Below, in pieces: positions 1 through 8,989 of a DNA stretch of 64,000 bases. A program made the translations under genes and the position numbers. Source of the DNA: an uncultured delta proteobacterium (GTDB taxonomy: Bacteria; Myxococcota; UBA727; VGSZ01); assembly GCA_963775425.1 (NCBI GenBank), contig CAVZJB010000011.1, positions 1-64,000 of the forward strand. Reading direction: 5' to 3'. Position 1 is the stretch's first letter. Each line of letters opens with the position of its first letter. The notes beneath the pieces are model-generated. The model was not told the DNA's origin. It worked only from the letters and a program-made list of their open reading frames with translations, and did not search any database.

Positions 1-216
1 CGCGAGTTGCACCCCCGCGTCGCGTCGCCGTGCGGACGGGCGCGGAGGGTCAGGTCACCGGTGACCAAAAGACGCTTCTTCCTACCGGCGTCGCCTGTTC
101 CTTCCGCGTGGATGACGGCGACGGTGCGATCGGCGTAGGCCGCGCTCGTCGATGTTCGCGGTTCGGGTCACGAGCAGGGGCATGGCGGCCGCCGCCGCGC
201 TTGATACTTTGCCGAG

Positions 217-1983
217 ATGACTGTCGATGGAGCCGTGGAATTCCTTGTAGCCCTGGAGGCGAAGCTTTCTCCTGGAGCCGCGTGCTTCGCTGTCGACTCC
301 GCGCTGCGCAACGCGCTCAAGGAGGTCGCGGCGGATGACGCACGGCTCCAGGCGCTGCGGCTGGCGCTGATGGTGCTCGACTACCGCCTTCATCCGCCGC
401 CGTTTCCTAAAGGCGTCGAGCCGCCGCTTGCGCCAATGTTCGAGAGCTACCCGCCGCCGGTCAAAGACCTGAAGGCTGAGCCTGCGGGACTCCTTGAGGG
501 GTGGCTCGATCGAACGCTCCTGCCGAGCGTGAAGGCGCGTGTCGGCGAGGTGCTCTGGGCGCTGAAGCGCGACCCGCGCTACGCGGCGGCGGCAATCGAT
601 GGCTACATCGCGTTTGTGGACGCGGCGCGCGGACGAGACCTCGTCGAGACACCGCCAGCGATCGCGCGAGCGGTTGGTCTCGTGCGGAAGACAAAGACGG
701 CACGACCTGAGCTTGTCCCGCTGTTTGAGAAGGTGTCAGTGGCCCTGCTCGACGCGGGCAACGGTGTTGCGCGCAAGTTTCTCTCAGCGGGAGCTCAGAT
801 CCTCGACGGCGAGGTCGAAGCTGGTCGGCGCATCGCAGCGGCCGCCGAACGCGCAGCCAACGCGAGTGCGAAGGAGGGCGGGCAAGCGCGCATCGCGGAG
901 CGCAGCTTCCTCGCTGCCGCAGACGTCGTTGCAGAAGCCGCAGGCGACACGGGCGCGCGCCGCTCGCTGTGTGAGCGGATCGCACGAAGCCACGAAGCGG
1001 AGGCGACGGAGCGCGCTGCGGAGGGCGGGGGCGTCCAGTCGGTGCTTTTGCAGCGGGCGCTCGAGGGCTTCGCCGAGCTTGGGCTCAGGGACGACGTCGA
1101 ACGCGTAAAGAAGTCGTTGCAGGCCGCGACGACGGCGTCGATGAAAGATTTGAAGGCCTACGGCGCGACAACCGAGATCCCGCGTGCGGAGATCGAAGCG
1201 GAGGTAGCGCGGCTCTTGGAATCGGTCGCGGACGAGGAAGGCCCGGCGCACATCGGTCTGTTCGCTCGCGACCCTGCCCTTTGGCCGGCGTGGTCCGACG
1301 TGAAGGCGAGAGCCGAGGCGATCCGCAAGGAGTTCCCGCTACAGCACCTTCTGCCCGTCGTGATGCTGACCGAGGATGGGCGACAGATCCCGCCTATCGA
1401 GGACGAGGCGCAGAGGCTGTTCATGGACGAGGCGCAGAGCCACAAGCGCGACCTTCAGATCTTGCTGAGCCTCGTGTTCGTGAAGATCGACATGCTGCGT
1501 GCGCGGGGAAAGTGGTCGGAGGACGTTCTCCTTGCGCACCTCGCGCGCGGGGCTCTGTTCGACGACATCGCCTTGTCGGCGATCGCGCCCGGCATCGAGG
1601 CGTTCGAAGAAGGTCGGATGTGGGAAGCGCTGCACACGCTTGTGCCACAAGTGGAGCGGGTCGTGCGAAGGCTGGCGGAGGGTGTCGGCACGCAGACGAG
1701 TCGGTTCGTTCCGAAGACGGGCGAACTTCACTGGTCGTCTCTGAAGGTGTTGCTCGAGAACGATGAGGTCAAGAAGGTGCTCAACCGGGTGGGAGAGGAC
1801 TTCGATGTGCACATGCGCCTTTGCCTGATCGACTCGCGCCACCTCAACATCCGCGACGACGTTGCCCACGGCATCCGCCACCCCACGAGCCGTGCGGAGC
1901 TGGAGGCGCTTATCGTGCTCTTGTTCCTGTTGGCGCTCGGCGACATCCGTGTCGCTGGCCCCGAAATCGCGGCTGCTCGGTGA
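217..1983 (+). CDS. DUF4209-domain protein (helical N-terminus, C-terminal HEPN-like domain)
   Basis: 588 aa. C-terminal ALHTLVPQVERVVR and LNIRDDVAHG (Rx4H) are typical of DUF4209. Confidence 0.75.
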   Translation: MTVDGAVEFLVALEAKLSPGAACFAVDSALRNALKEVAADDARLQALRLALMVLDYRLHPPPFPKGVEPPLAPMFESYPPPVKDLKAEPAGLLEGWLDRTLLPSVKARVGEVLWALKRDPRYAAAAIDGYIAFVDAARGRDLVETPPAIARAVGLVRKTKTARPELVPLFEKVSVALLDAGNGVARKFLSAGAQILDGEVEAGRRIAAAAERAANASAKEGGQARIAERSFLAAADVVAEAAGDTGARRSLCERIARSHEAEATERAAEGGGVQSVLLQRALEGFAELGLRDDVERVKKSLQAATTASMKDLKAYGATTEIPRAEIEAEVARLLESVADEEGPAHIGLFARDPALWPAWSDVKARAEAIRKEFPLQHLLPVVMLTEDGRQIPPIEDEAQRLFMDEAQSHKRDLQILLSLVFVKIDMLRARGKWSEDVLLAHLARGALFDDIALSAIAPGIEAFEEGRMWEALHTLVPQVERVVRRLAEGVGTQTSRFVPKTGELHWSSLKVLLENDEVKKVLNRVGEDFDVHMRLCLIDSRHLNIRDDVAHGIRHPTSRAELEALIVLLFLLALGDIRVAGPEIAAAR

Positions 1984-2228
1984 GAACACGCGCACGAAGA
2001 GGGAGGCGACGTGGCAAAGCAGAGCAAGCAGGTTGGCCGACGACTCCCAGCGACGGCGGAAGCCATCGCTCTACTCGACGAGGCGGAGAGTCGCGTTCAG
2101 TCGTGGGTTGCTGGGCTGCAGCCTGGCGTGACGTGGCCCGCATACGCGTACGCGTTGCTGGCGCTTCTCGACCGGCTCTGCGCGCGCTACGGCCGCGAGG
2201 AGCTTCCGACTGCGTGCGACGGCCCACC

Positions 2229-2400
2229 GTGAACGGGAAAATCGGCGGAGCGTGAACACCCGGATCGGCGGCGTGTGAACGCCAAGATCGGCATCGTGAA
2301 CGCGAAAATCGGCCATCGTGAACGCCGGAATCGGCATCGTGAACGCCGAGATCGGGGCCGTGAACGCCTGGACCGCCGGGCGTGAACGGCGAGGCTCGGG
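2229..2400 (+). repeat. Eight tandem 21-23 bp GTGAAC...ATCGG repeats (IS21 left-end transposase binding sites)
   Basis: GTGAAC at 2229, 2252, 2275, 2296, 2318, 2339, 2360 and 2382. Inverted copies at about 6465-6504. Confidence 0.9.
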
Positions 2401-3898
2401 CCACTTGGGCCGGGCTCTACGAGGCGACGCTGGACGACTCGAACCACACCCGCCCGCGGAGGGCGGATGTCGAACACGAGGCTGTCTATGCGCAAGGTCA
2501 GGGAAATTCTGCGGCTCACGCACGAGGTGAAGCTCTCGTGCCGCGAGGTCGCGTTGAGCGCCGGCGTCTCCGTCGGCGTCGTCAGCAAGGTCATCAACCG
2601 CGCGAAGACCGCGGGCCTGACGTGGGCGGAGCTCGCGCCGCTCGACGAGGCCGCGCTCGAAATGCGGCTCAACGGCCCCGTCGTCGAACCTGGTGTCGCG
2701 CGTGACGAGCCGGACCCGGTGTGGATCCACGTCGAGAAGATGCGGCCCGGCGTGACGCTCGAGCTGCTGCACATCGAGTACCTCGAGTCGCACCCGAACG
2801 GTCTCCGCTACACGGCGTTCTGCGATCGGTACCGCGCCTGGCTCGCGCGACGGAAGCTGACGATGCGCCAGGTCCACAAGGCAGGCGAGCGCGCCTTCGT
2901 CGACTACTCGGGCAAGCGGCCATCCATCATCGACAAGAAGACCGGCGAGCGCGTTCCGGTCGAGCTCTTCGTCGGCGTTCTCGGTGCGTCGAGCTTCACG
3001 TTTGCTGAGGCCACGCGGTCGCAGCAGGGCGTCGACTTCATTCAGAGCCACGTGCGCATGCTCGAGTACTTCGGCGGCGCCCCCGCGCTCGTCGTCCCGG
3101 ACAACTTGAAGAGCGGCGTGACGACGTCGTCTTGGTACGACCCGGAGATCCAGCGCACGTACGAGGAGCTCGCCGAGCACTACTCCACGGCGGTGTTGCC
3201 GGCACGGCCAAAGAAGCCTCGCGACAAGGCGAAGGTGGAGGTGGCGGTGCAGGTTGCGCAGCGCTGGATCCTCGCGCGCATTCGCAACGAGGCGTTCTTC
3301 TCACTCGAAGCCCTCAACGAGCGCATCGCCGAGCTGCTCGAGGTGCTCAACGATTGGCCGATGCGGGCGTACAAGAAGAGCCGTCGCGAGCTCTTCGAGC
3401 TTCTCGACAAGCCGGTGCTGAAGCCGCTGCCCGTCGAGCGCTTCGTCTACTCGGAGTGGGGCAAGGCGCGCCTCAACATCGACTACCACGTGTCCTTCGA
3501 CGGCAACGCGTACTCGGCACCGTACGCGCTCGTGCACGAAGTCCTGGAGGTGCGCGCGACGGCGACGACGGTCGAGCTGTACTTCAAGAGCCAGCGCGTG
3601 GCGTCGCACGTGCGCAGCTACGGAACGGCGCGGCTCGTGACGACGACGGCGCACATGCCGAAGGCGCACCAAGAGCACCTCGAATGGCCACCGTCGCGCG
3701 TGATCGATTGGGCCGGGAAGATCGGGCCGAACGTGAAGGCGCTGATCGAGGCGCTCATCGCTGAGCGGAAACATCCCGAGCAGGGCTACCGACCGAGCCT
3801 TGGCATCATCCGACTCGCGAAGACGTACCCCCCTCTGCCAACAAGCGTGAGAAACCGGCCCGTTCCGAAATTACTGAGGGAGCGGCAAGGTCGAAGCC

Positions 3899-4324
3899 AT
3901 GGAGAACCACCCGAGCGCCAAGTCCAACGGCAAGGCGCCTGACCCCGAGGTGAGCACCCGTCCTCGTCGACGAGCGTTCACCGCCGACTACAAGATGCGC
4001 ATCCTCGCCGAGGTTGACGCCGTCAAGGACAAGGAACCTGGCGCGGTCGGCGCGGTCCTTCGTCGAGAAGGCCTGTATTCGTCGCACCTCACCGAGTGGC
4101 GCCACGGCCGCCAGCGAGGCACGATGGCCGAGTTGTCGAAGAAGCGCGGCCGCAAGTCCAAGAACGACCCTCTCGCCGACGAGAACGAGAAGCTCCGCCG
4201 CGAGAATGAGAAGCTGAAGAAGCAACTCGCGCAGGCCGAGCTCATCATCGATGTTCAAAAAAAAGTCTCCTCGCTCCTGGGCATCCCCCTGAAGAGCCCA
4301 GACGACGACGAGAACGACTCATGA
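3899..4324 (+). CDS. IS3 transposase OrfA
   Basis: RRRAFTADYKMRIL, LRREGLYSSHLTEW, leucine zipper, IIDVQKK on an A8G slippery run at 4257-4265. Confidence 0.9.
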   Translation: MENHPSAKSNGKAPDPEVSTRPRRRAFTADYKMRILAEVDAVKDKEPGAVGAVLRREGLYSSHLTEWRHGRQRGTMAELSKKRGRKSKNDPLADENEKLRRENEKLKKQLAQAELIIDVQKKVSSLLGIPLKSPDDDENDS

Positions 4325-5451
4325 GCGCGGCGGTCGAGGTCATGCCCGCAACCGGCGTCGTCGCCATCCTGACGGCGCTCGGCTTGTCGGTGGCCACCTT
4401 CTATCGAGGACGCAAGTCGAAGGCCCCCGTCGCCGCGAGGCCGACACCCGCCCGCGCGTTGTCGCCGGTAGAGCGGCAGAAGGTTCTCGACGTCCTGCAC
4501 GGAGAGCGCTTCCGGGATCGTGCGCCCGCCGAGGTCGTCGCCGCGCTCGCTACCGAGGGCACGTACCTGGCGTCGGAGCGCACGATGTACCGCGTGCTCG
4601 CCGCGCAGGACGAGGTCAAGGAGCGCCGCCGCCAGCTCGTGCATCCCGAGTACGCGCGACCCGAGCTCGTCGCCACCGCCCCGAACCAGGTGTGGTCGTG
4701 GGACATCACGAAGCTGCTCACCTTCGATAAGTTCGTCTACCTGTACCTGTACGTCGTCATGGACATCTTCAGCCGCTATGTCGTGGGCTGGATGCTCGCC
4801 GCCCAGGAGAGCGCCACGCTGGCGAAGCTGCTCATCGAGGAGACGGTGGCGAAGCACGACGTCGCTCCGGGCGAGCTCACGCTGCACGCCGACCGCGGAG
4901 CGCCGATGCGCAGCAAGTTGCTCGTGGAGCTCTTGGCCAAGCTCGACGTCGCCCGCAGCTTCAGTCGGCCGCACACGTCGAACGACAACCCGTTCTCCGA
5001 AAGCGGCTTCAAGACGATGAAGTACAACCCGAGCTTCCCGAAGAAGTTCCACGGCGACGTCGACGCGCGCGCATTCTGCAAGCCCTATTTCGACTGGTAC
5101 AACAACGAGCACCACCACAGCGGCATCGCCCTGCTCACGCCCGCAGACGTGCACTTCGGGCGGGCGTCAGCCGCCCTGCAGCGCCGTCATGAGGTGAAGC
5201 TCGAGGCTTACCACGCGCACCCAGAGCGCTTCGTGCACGGCCCGCCGCGCATCGAAGAGCTCCCCGGCGCGGTCTTCATCAACCCGCCCACGACGCTCGT
5301 GGCTACGCCGGAGACGGGGTCGGAGCCAGCCCTTGGGCTGGCGACCCCGTCGACGGCCTCCACGCCATCGACGGCGTCACTGCTCGCCACTCTCGACACG
5401 CCGTTCAGTTCGACGGCCGCGTTCACGAACACAGGAGGCGTTGCTCACTAA
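4321..5451 (+). CDS. IS3 transposase OrfB (DDE integrase core), -1 frame relative to OrfA
   Basis: PNQVWSWDIT, DIFSRYVVGW, HADRG, SNDNPFSESGFKT. The -1 frame is open from the A8G site to ATG 4321. Confidence 0.93.
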   Translation: MSAAVEVMPATGVVAILTALGLSVATFYRGRKSKAPVAARPTPARALSPVERQKVLDVLHGERFRDRAPAEVVAALATEGTYLASERTMYRVLAAQDEVKERRRQLVHPEYARPELVATAPNQVWSWDITKLLTFDKFVYLYLYVVMDIFSRYVVGWMLAAQESATLAKLLIEETVAKHDVAPGELTLHADRGAPMRSKLLVELLAKLDVARSFSRPHTSNDNPFSESGFKTMKYNPSFPKKFHGDVDARAFCKPYFDWYNNEHHHSGIALLTPADVHFGRASAALQRRHEVKLEAYHAHPERFVHGPPRIEELPGAVFINPPTTLVATPETGSEPALGLATPSTASTPSTASLLATLDTPFSSTAAFTNTGGVAH

Positions 5452-5684
5452 ATTCCGTCACGCCGATTCTCAGACTCGTTGACAGGTTCCGTACGGCAAC
5501 GAGCGCGTCGACAGGGCGTGCAAGCGCGCGCACCTGGCCGGCGCGCGCAACTACCGGCACGTCGCCGCGATCCTCAAGAACCGCCTCGATGAGGCACCGA
5601 TGCCCGACGCCGTCGACGACAACGGGCCGCCCGTCGACCACGAGAACATCCGCGGCCCTGGCTACTACAACTGAAGGAGAGACC

Positions 5685-6425
5685 GTGTTGACCGAACCAA
5701 CGATTGACAAGCTGAGGAACATCTGGCTCTACGGAATGGCAGACGCGTACGTCGAGCAGCAGAAGAGCAAAGAGGTGGCGAGCATGGACTTCGACGACCG
5801 CTTCGGCCTGCTCGTCGACGCGGAATGGCTGCTTCGGCAGAACCGGCGAACGAAGCGGCGCATGAAGGAAGCGAAGCTGCGGCTCACGCAGGCCTGCGTC
5901 GAGGACGTCGACACCGGCGCCGCTCGCGGCATCGAGAAAGGCGTTCTCATGCGCTTGGCGACGTGCGCCTTCGTCGACGAACACCTGAACGTGATCATCA
6001 CCGGCCCCACCGGAACGGGGAAGACGTACCTGGGCTGTGCGCTCGCTCAGGCCGCCATCCGGAAGAACCGGAGCGCGGTTTACCGGCGCGCATCGAGGCT
6101 CTACGAGGAGCTGGCGCTCTCCCGCGTCGACGGAACGTACGCGAAGCTGCTCACGCGGCTTGCGCGCGTCGACGTGCTCATCATCGACGACTTCGGCCTT
6201 GCTGCGATGAAAGACCAAGACCGCCAGGGCCTCCTCGACGTACTCGAGGACCGCTACGGCAACCGATCGACGATCATCACGACCCAGCTTCCCACCAAGG
6301 CCTGGCACGACTACATCAACGACCCGACCGTCGCGGATTCGATCTGCGACCGGGTTGTGCACAACGCCCACCGCATCGAGCTCAAAGGCCCGTCGCGGCG
6401 GAAGGAGAAGGCCACCAAGGACTGA
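5685..6425 (+). CDS. istB: IS21 helper ATPase IstB
   Basis: GPTGTGKT Walker A, LIIDDFG Walker B, ADSICDRVVHNAHRIELKGPSRR. AAGGAG RBS before GTG 5685. Confidence 0.95.
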   Translation: MLTEPTIDKLRNIWLYGMADAYVEQQKSKEVASMDFDDRFGLLVDAEWLLRQNRRTKRRMKEAKLRLTQACVEDVDTGAARGIEKGVLMRLATCAFVDEHLNVIITGPTGTGKTYLGCALAQAAIRKNRSAVYRRASRLYEELALSRVDGTYAKLLTRLARVDVLIIDDFGLAAMKDQDRQGLLDVLEDRYGNRSTIITTQLPTKAWHDYINDPTVADSICDRVVHNAHRIELKGPSRRKEKATKD

Positions 6426-7927
6426 ACACCGTCGGAAAGCGTCGCTTCGCTCCGATCACGATCGCCGATCCGAGCGTTCACGCCGTCCCGATTTCGGCGT
6501 TCACGATGGCCGTGACGCGCATCCGACCGCGCATGAAGCCCTGCGCACCGACATCTTCTCCTGTTCATGGGCGCTGCGAATGGCGCGTACGGGATGCGTT
6601 GCTTCGGAAACAGCTCCTTCACCCCAGCAGGTGCGGATCGACGCCGCTCGTCTGGGTGATCGCGCAGTCGAGTTCCTGGAACACGGTCAGCGGTACCACT
6701 ATTGGCGCGACATCACCTTCTCTGCAAGGCAGCGCGGGTACGAGGTCGCGATGGACGGCGACACGCTTGAGTTCAAGGATGCGGTGGAGTGGCCGGGGGG
6801 GTGCGACGCGGCCGATCAAGACATCGCTCATCTGATTGACCGTGAAAGCGCCCGCACGTTCGAGGACGGCGACGAACCGCGCGTTCATCGTGACCTTCTC
6901 GAGACCGACGATGAGTTCCCTCGCGGGCTGGCGACAGAGAGAATCACAAGCGATGAGTTTGCGAAGCTCTGGCAGGCGCTCCGAAAGCTCGTGATGCCTG
7001 GCACGCGTGCGGAGATCGGCGCGCTCTTTGAGCAAGGTCCCGTCACGGTCTCACGCTCGCAGCTCGTCGTCATGCTCTGCGCGGAAGCCGAGGTGCGGCG
7101 AGTTGCCGTTGAGACGTTCGTATCGTGGCACACGTTCACTGCAACAACGCCGCCGAAGTTCTGCCTCTTCCACGTGCCGCTGGTCGACGTCGGTAGCGAC
7201 GAACTGTTCGTTGCGAGGACCCCTCTCTTGATGGCGAACGCGGCGCCCCTGGCTCGGCGTCACTTCTCACACGCGGAGAAGAAGTCATACGACGCTTGGT
7301 CCTCCGCGCACGAGGCCGCGCAGCTGAAGACGCTTACCGAACACCTAAAGCGCAACGATCTGTTGGTGAAGCTCAACCGCGATCTTCCCGGCGGGGATGG
7401 CGAGATCGACGTCGCCTGGTACGAAGAGCGAACGCGAACGCTCGTCGTTGCGCAGACGAAGTTCAACATCGGCTGCGACAGCCCTTCCGAGGTCGAAGCG
7501 GCCAATGCGGACATCGACAAGGCCCTCAAGCAGACTGCGACGACTCGTCGCTACGTCGAAGGTCACGATCGTGCGTGGCTGGCGCAGCATGTTTTTGGGA
7601 GGGAGCTTCGCGTCGACAAGATCATCTGGGTCGTCATTCCCACGAACACGATCGGCGCGGACTATCTGGATATTCCAACCGACGTCGACATCGTGCCGTT
7701 CGGCTGGTTCCTTCTCCGCGCGCACCACGGTCAAGAACCATCTGTGCTCGTTGAGAAGTTTCGAACTCTGCTCCGTAAGACGCTCAGCGACGTGCAGCGA
7801 GGTCAGAAGATCGTGACGGTGACGAACTCGCTCGGCGACCTTCGTTGGCGCGCACCGTACTACGCGTTCGGCACTCCGACCGGGGAAGGCTGAGCGCTCG
7901 CACCACCGCCGCCACGCTCTGTTGCGG

Positions 7928-8890
7928 TTAGCCGGAGTGCCACGTGGCGGCGCGCGCAAGAAGTTCCCCGACGGACAGAAGGCGTGCGGCGTCCTTGCTG
8001 CCGCTCTGCGCAAGATGCGCGACCAGCTTCTTCTCTTCTGTGATGATGAAGTCGGCTACGGCGAGCATGGACAAGAGTTTGATGTCGAGCATGTCGTTTT
8101 GACCGCGCTCCTTCGCCGGAAGGTACTGTGAGCCCTTCGTAAGGTTGAGCGACACGAAGCGAGCGATCGCGCGCACGTATGCTTCGTATTTCCAGACACG
8201 CGCCTCCCCACCGGGGAAGTTCCCGCGCGCATCGGCGAGAATCGCGTCGAAGACCTCTTGCGAGGATGGCTTCAGCCCGCGCTTCGCGAACTCCGCGGAC
8301 ACCCGCTCTATGTAGCCGGCCCACTTCGCTTGGTGGTCGTCGCGCAAGCGCTCTTCTGTGTCAGCCTGGCGAAGCGCGCCTTGTTCGACGAGCACAGGTC
8401 CGATCTGCATCGCGAAGGGAGCGATGAACGCCGCGAGCGTCGGCGATGTCGTGAGCCGCCGCCACGACACCTGCCGCTCCGCGCGGGCAACAGCTGGATG
8501 CTTGGGCTCGGCACGCGAGAAGGGGTCCTCCGCGTGGATCACCGGTTCGTCGTCGTCGATCACAGCGACGAGCGCGGGACACGCCTCCCGCCACGCTTCG
8601 AAGTCGATTGTTCCTCGCGCGACTTGGAGCGTGATCTCAAGGAGCGACGTGTCGGAGAGATGAATGGATACGACGTCCTTGAACGCCGCGAGCTCGTGGA
8701 AGCGCGGACCTGACCGCGTGCCGTCGACTACGTCACGAATCGCGTTTGTGTCGACGACGACTCTCTTTTTCACGAGGCCCGTCGCACGGGCGATTCGCTC
8801 GTCGCGCCTGAGCGCCTTCTTGCCCGGCGACGCAACAGCGGTGGCGGAGACGCCGCGGCGTGCAAGGCGCTTGTCAGAATTCCGTCCCAC
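7928..8890 (-). CDS. PIN-like domain protein
   Basis: RVVVDTNAIRD, SLLEI, NDMLDIKLL, FIITEEKKL match the PIN acidic-residue pattern. Confidence 0.65.
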   Translation of the reverse strand: MGRNSDKRLARRGVSATAVASPGKKALRRDERIARATGLVKKRVVVDTNAIRDVVDGTRSGPRFHELAAFKDVVSIHLSDTSLLEITLQVARGTIDFEAWREACPALVAVIDDDEPVIHAEDPFSRAEPKHPAVARAERQVSWRRLTTSPTLAAFIAPFAMQIGPVLVEQGALRQADTEERLRDDHQAKWAGYIERVSAEFAKRGLKPSSQEVFDAILADARGNFPGGEARVWKYEAYVRAIARFVSLNLTKGSQYLPAKERGQNDMLDIKLLSMLAVADFIITEEKKLVAHLAQSGSKDAARLLSVGELLARAATWHSG

Positions 8891-8989
8891 GGGTCACTCC
8901 ACTCGCGCTCGCGGTTGACCGCAGCAGCGTGCTCGGACGCTCAGATCTCGCTCGAGATTCCAGCGGATCGCGCGAACGAGGCGTGATGT

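Larger units (their letters stand above)
3829..5490 (+). mobile_element. IS3-family insertion sequence nested in istA
   Basis: Imperfect IRs TGCCAACAAGCGTGAGAA and TTCTCAGACTCGTTGACA. (C)GTAC duplication at 3824-3828 and 5490-5494. orfA/orfB layout. Confidence 0.9.
2467..5674 (+). pseudogene. istA: IS21 transposase IstA interrupted by IS3 (2467-3828 plus 5495-5674, 513 aa restored)
   Basis: FVDYSG, VPDNLKSGV, PRDKAKVE motifs. C-terminus resumes after the IS3 as GNERVDRAC...HENIRGPGYYN. Confidence 0.93.
2211..6521 (+). mobile_element. IS21-family insertion sequence
   Basis: Left end TGCGTGCGACGGCCCACCGTGAAC matches the right-end reverse complement TGCGCGTCACGGCCATCGTGAAC. 6-bp target duplication TCCGAC at 2205-2210 and 6522-6527. 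Carries istA and istB. Confidence 0.95.
2011..7893 (+). pseudogene. IS21-interrupted ~521 aa protein with C-terminal PD-(D/E)xK (NERD-like) nuclease; fragments 2011-2210 and 6528-7893
   Basis: Removing 2211-6527 joins ...GREELP-T-AHEALRTDIF... in frame. Motif GDGEIDVAWYEERTRTLVVAQTK. Confidence 0.85.

Noticed and set aside
2229-2400. Regularly spaced repeats suggesting a CRISPR array or iterons
   Set aside because: Period is 21-23 bp with no unique spacers and no cas genes. The repeats lie inside the IS21 end and have inverted copies at the other end.
3829-3942. C-terminal 37 aa of the listed 491-aa IstA
   Set aside because: Derived from the IS3 left end. The true C-terminus is 5495-5674.
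6355-6527. N-terminus of the listed 512-aa ORF
   Set aside because: Read-through from IS21 right-end DNA. The real start is 2011.
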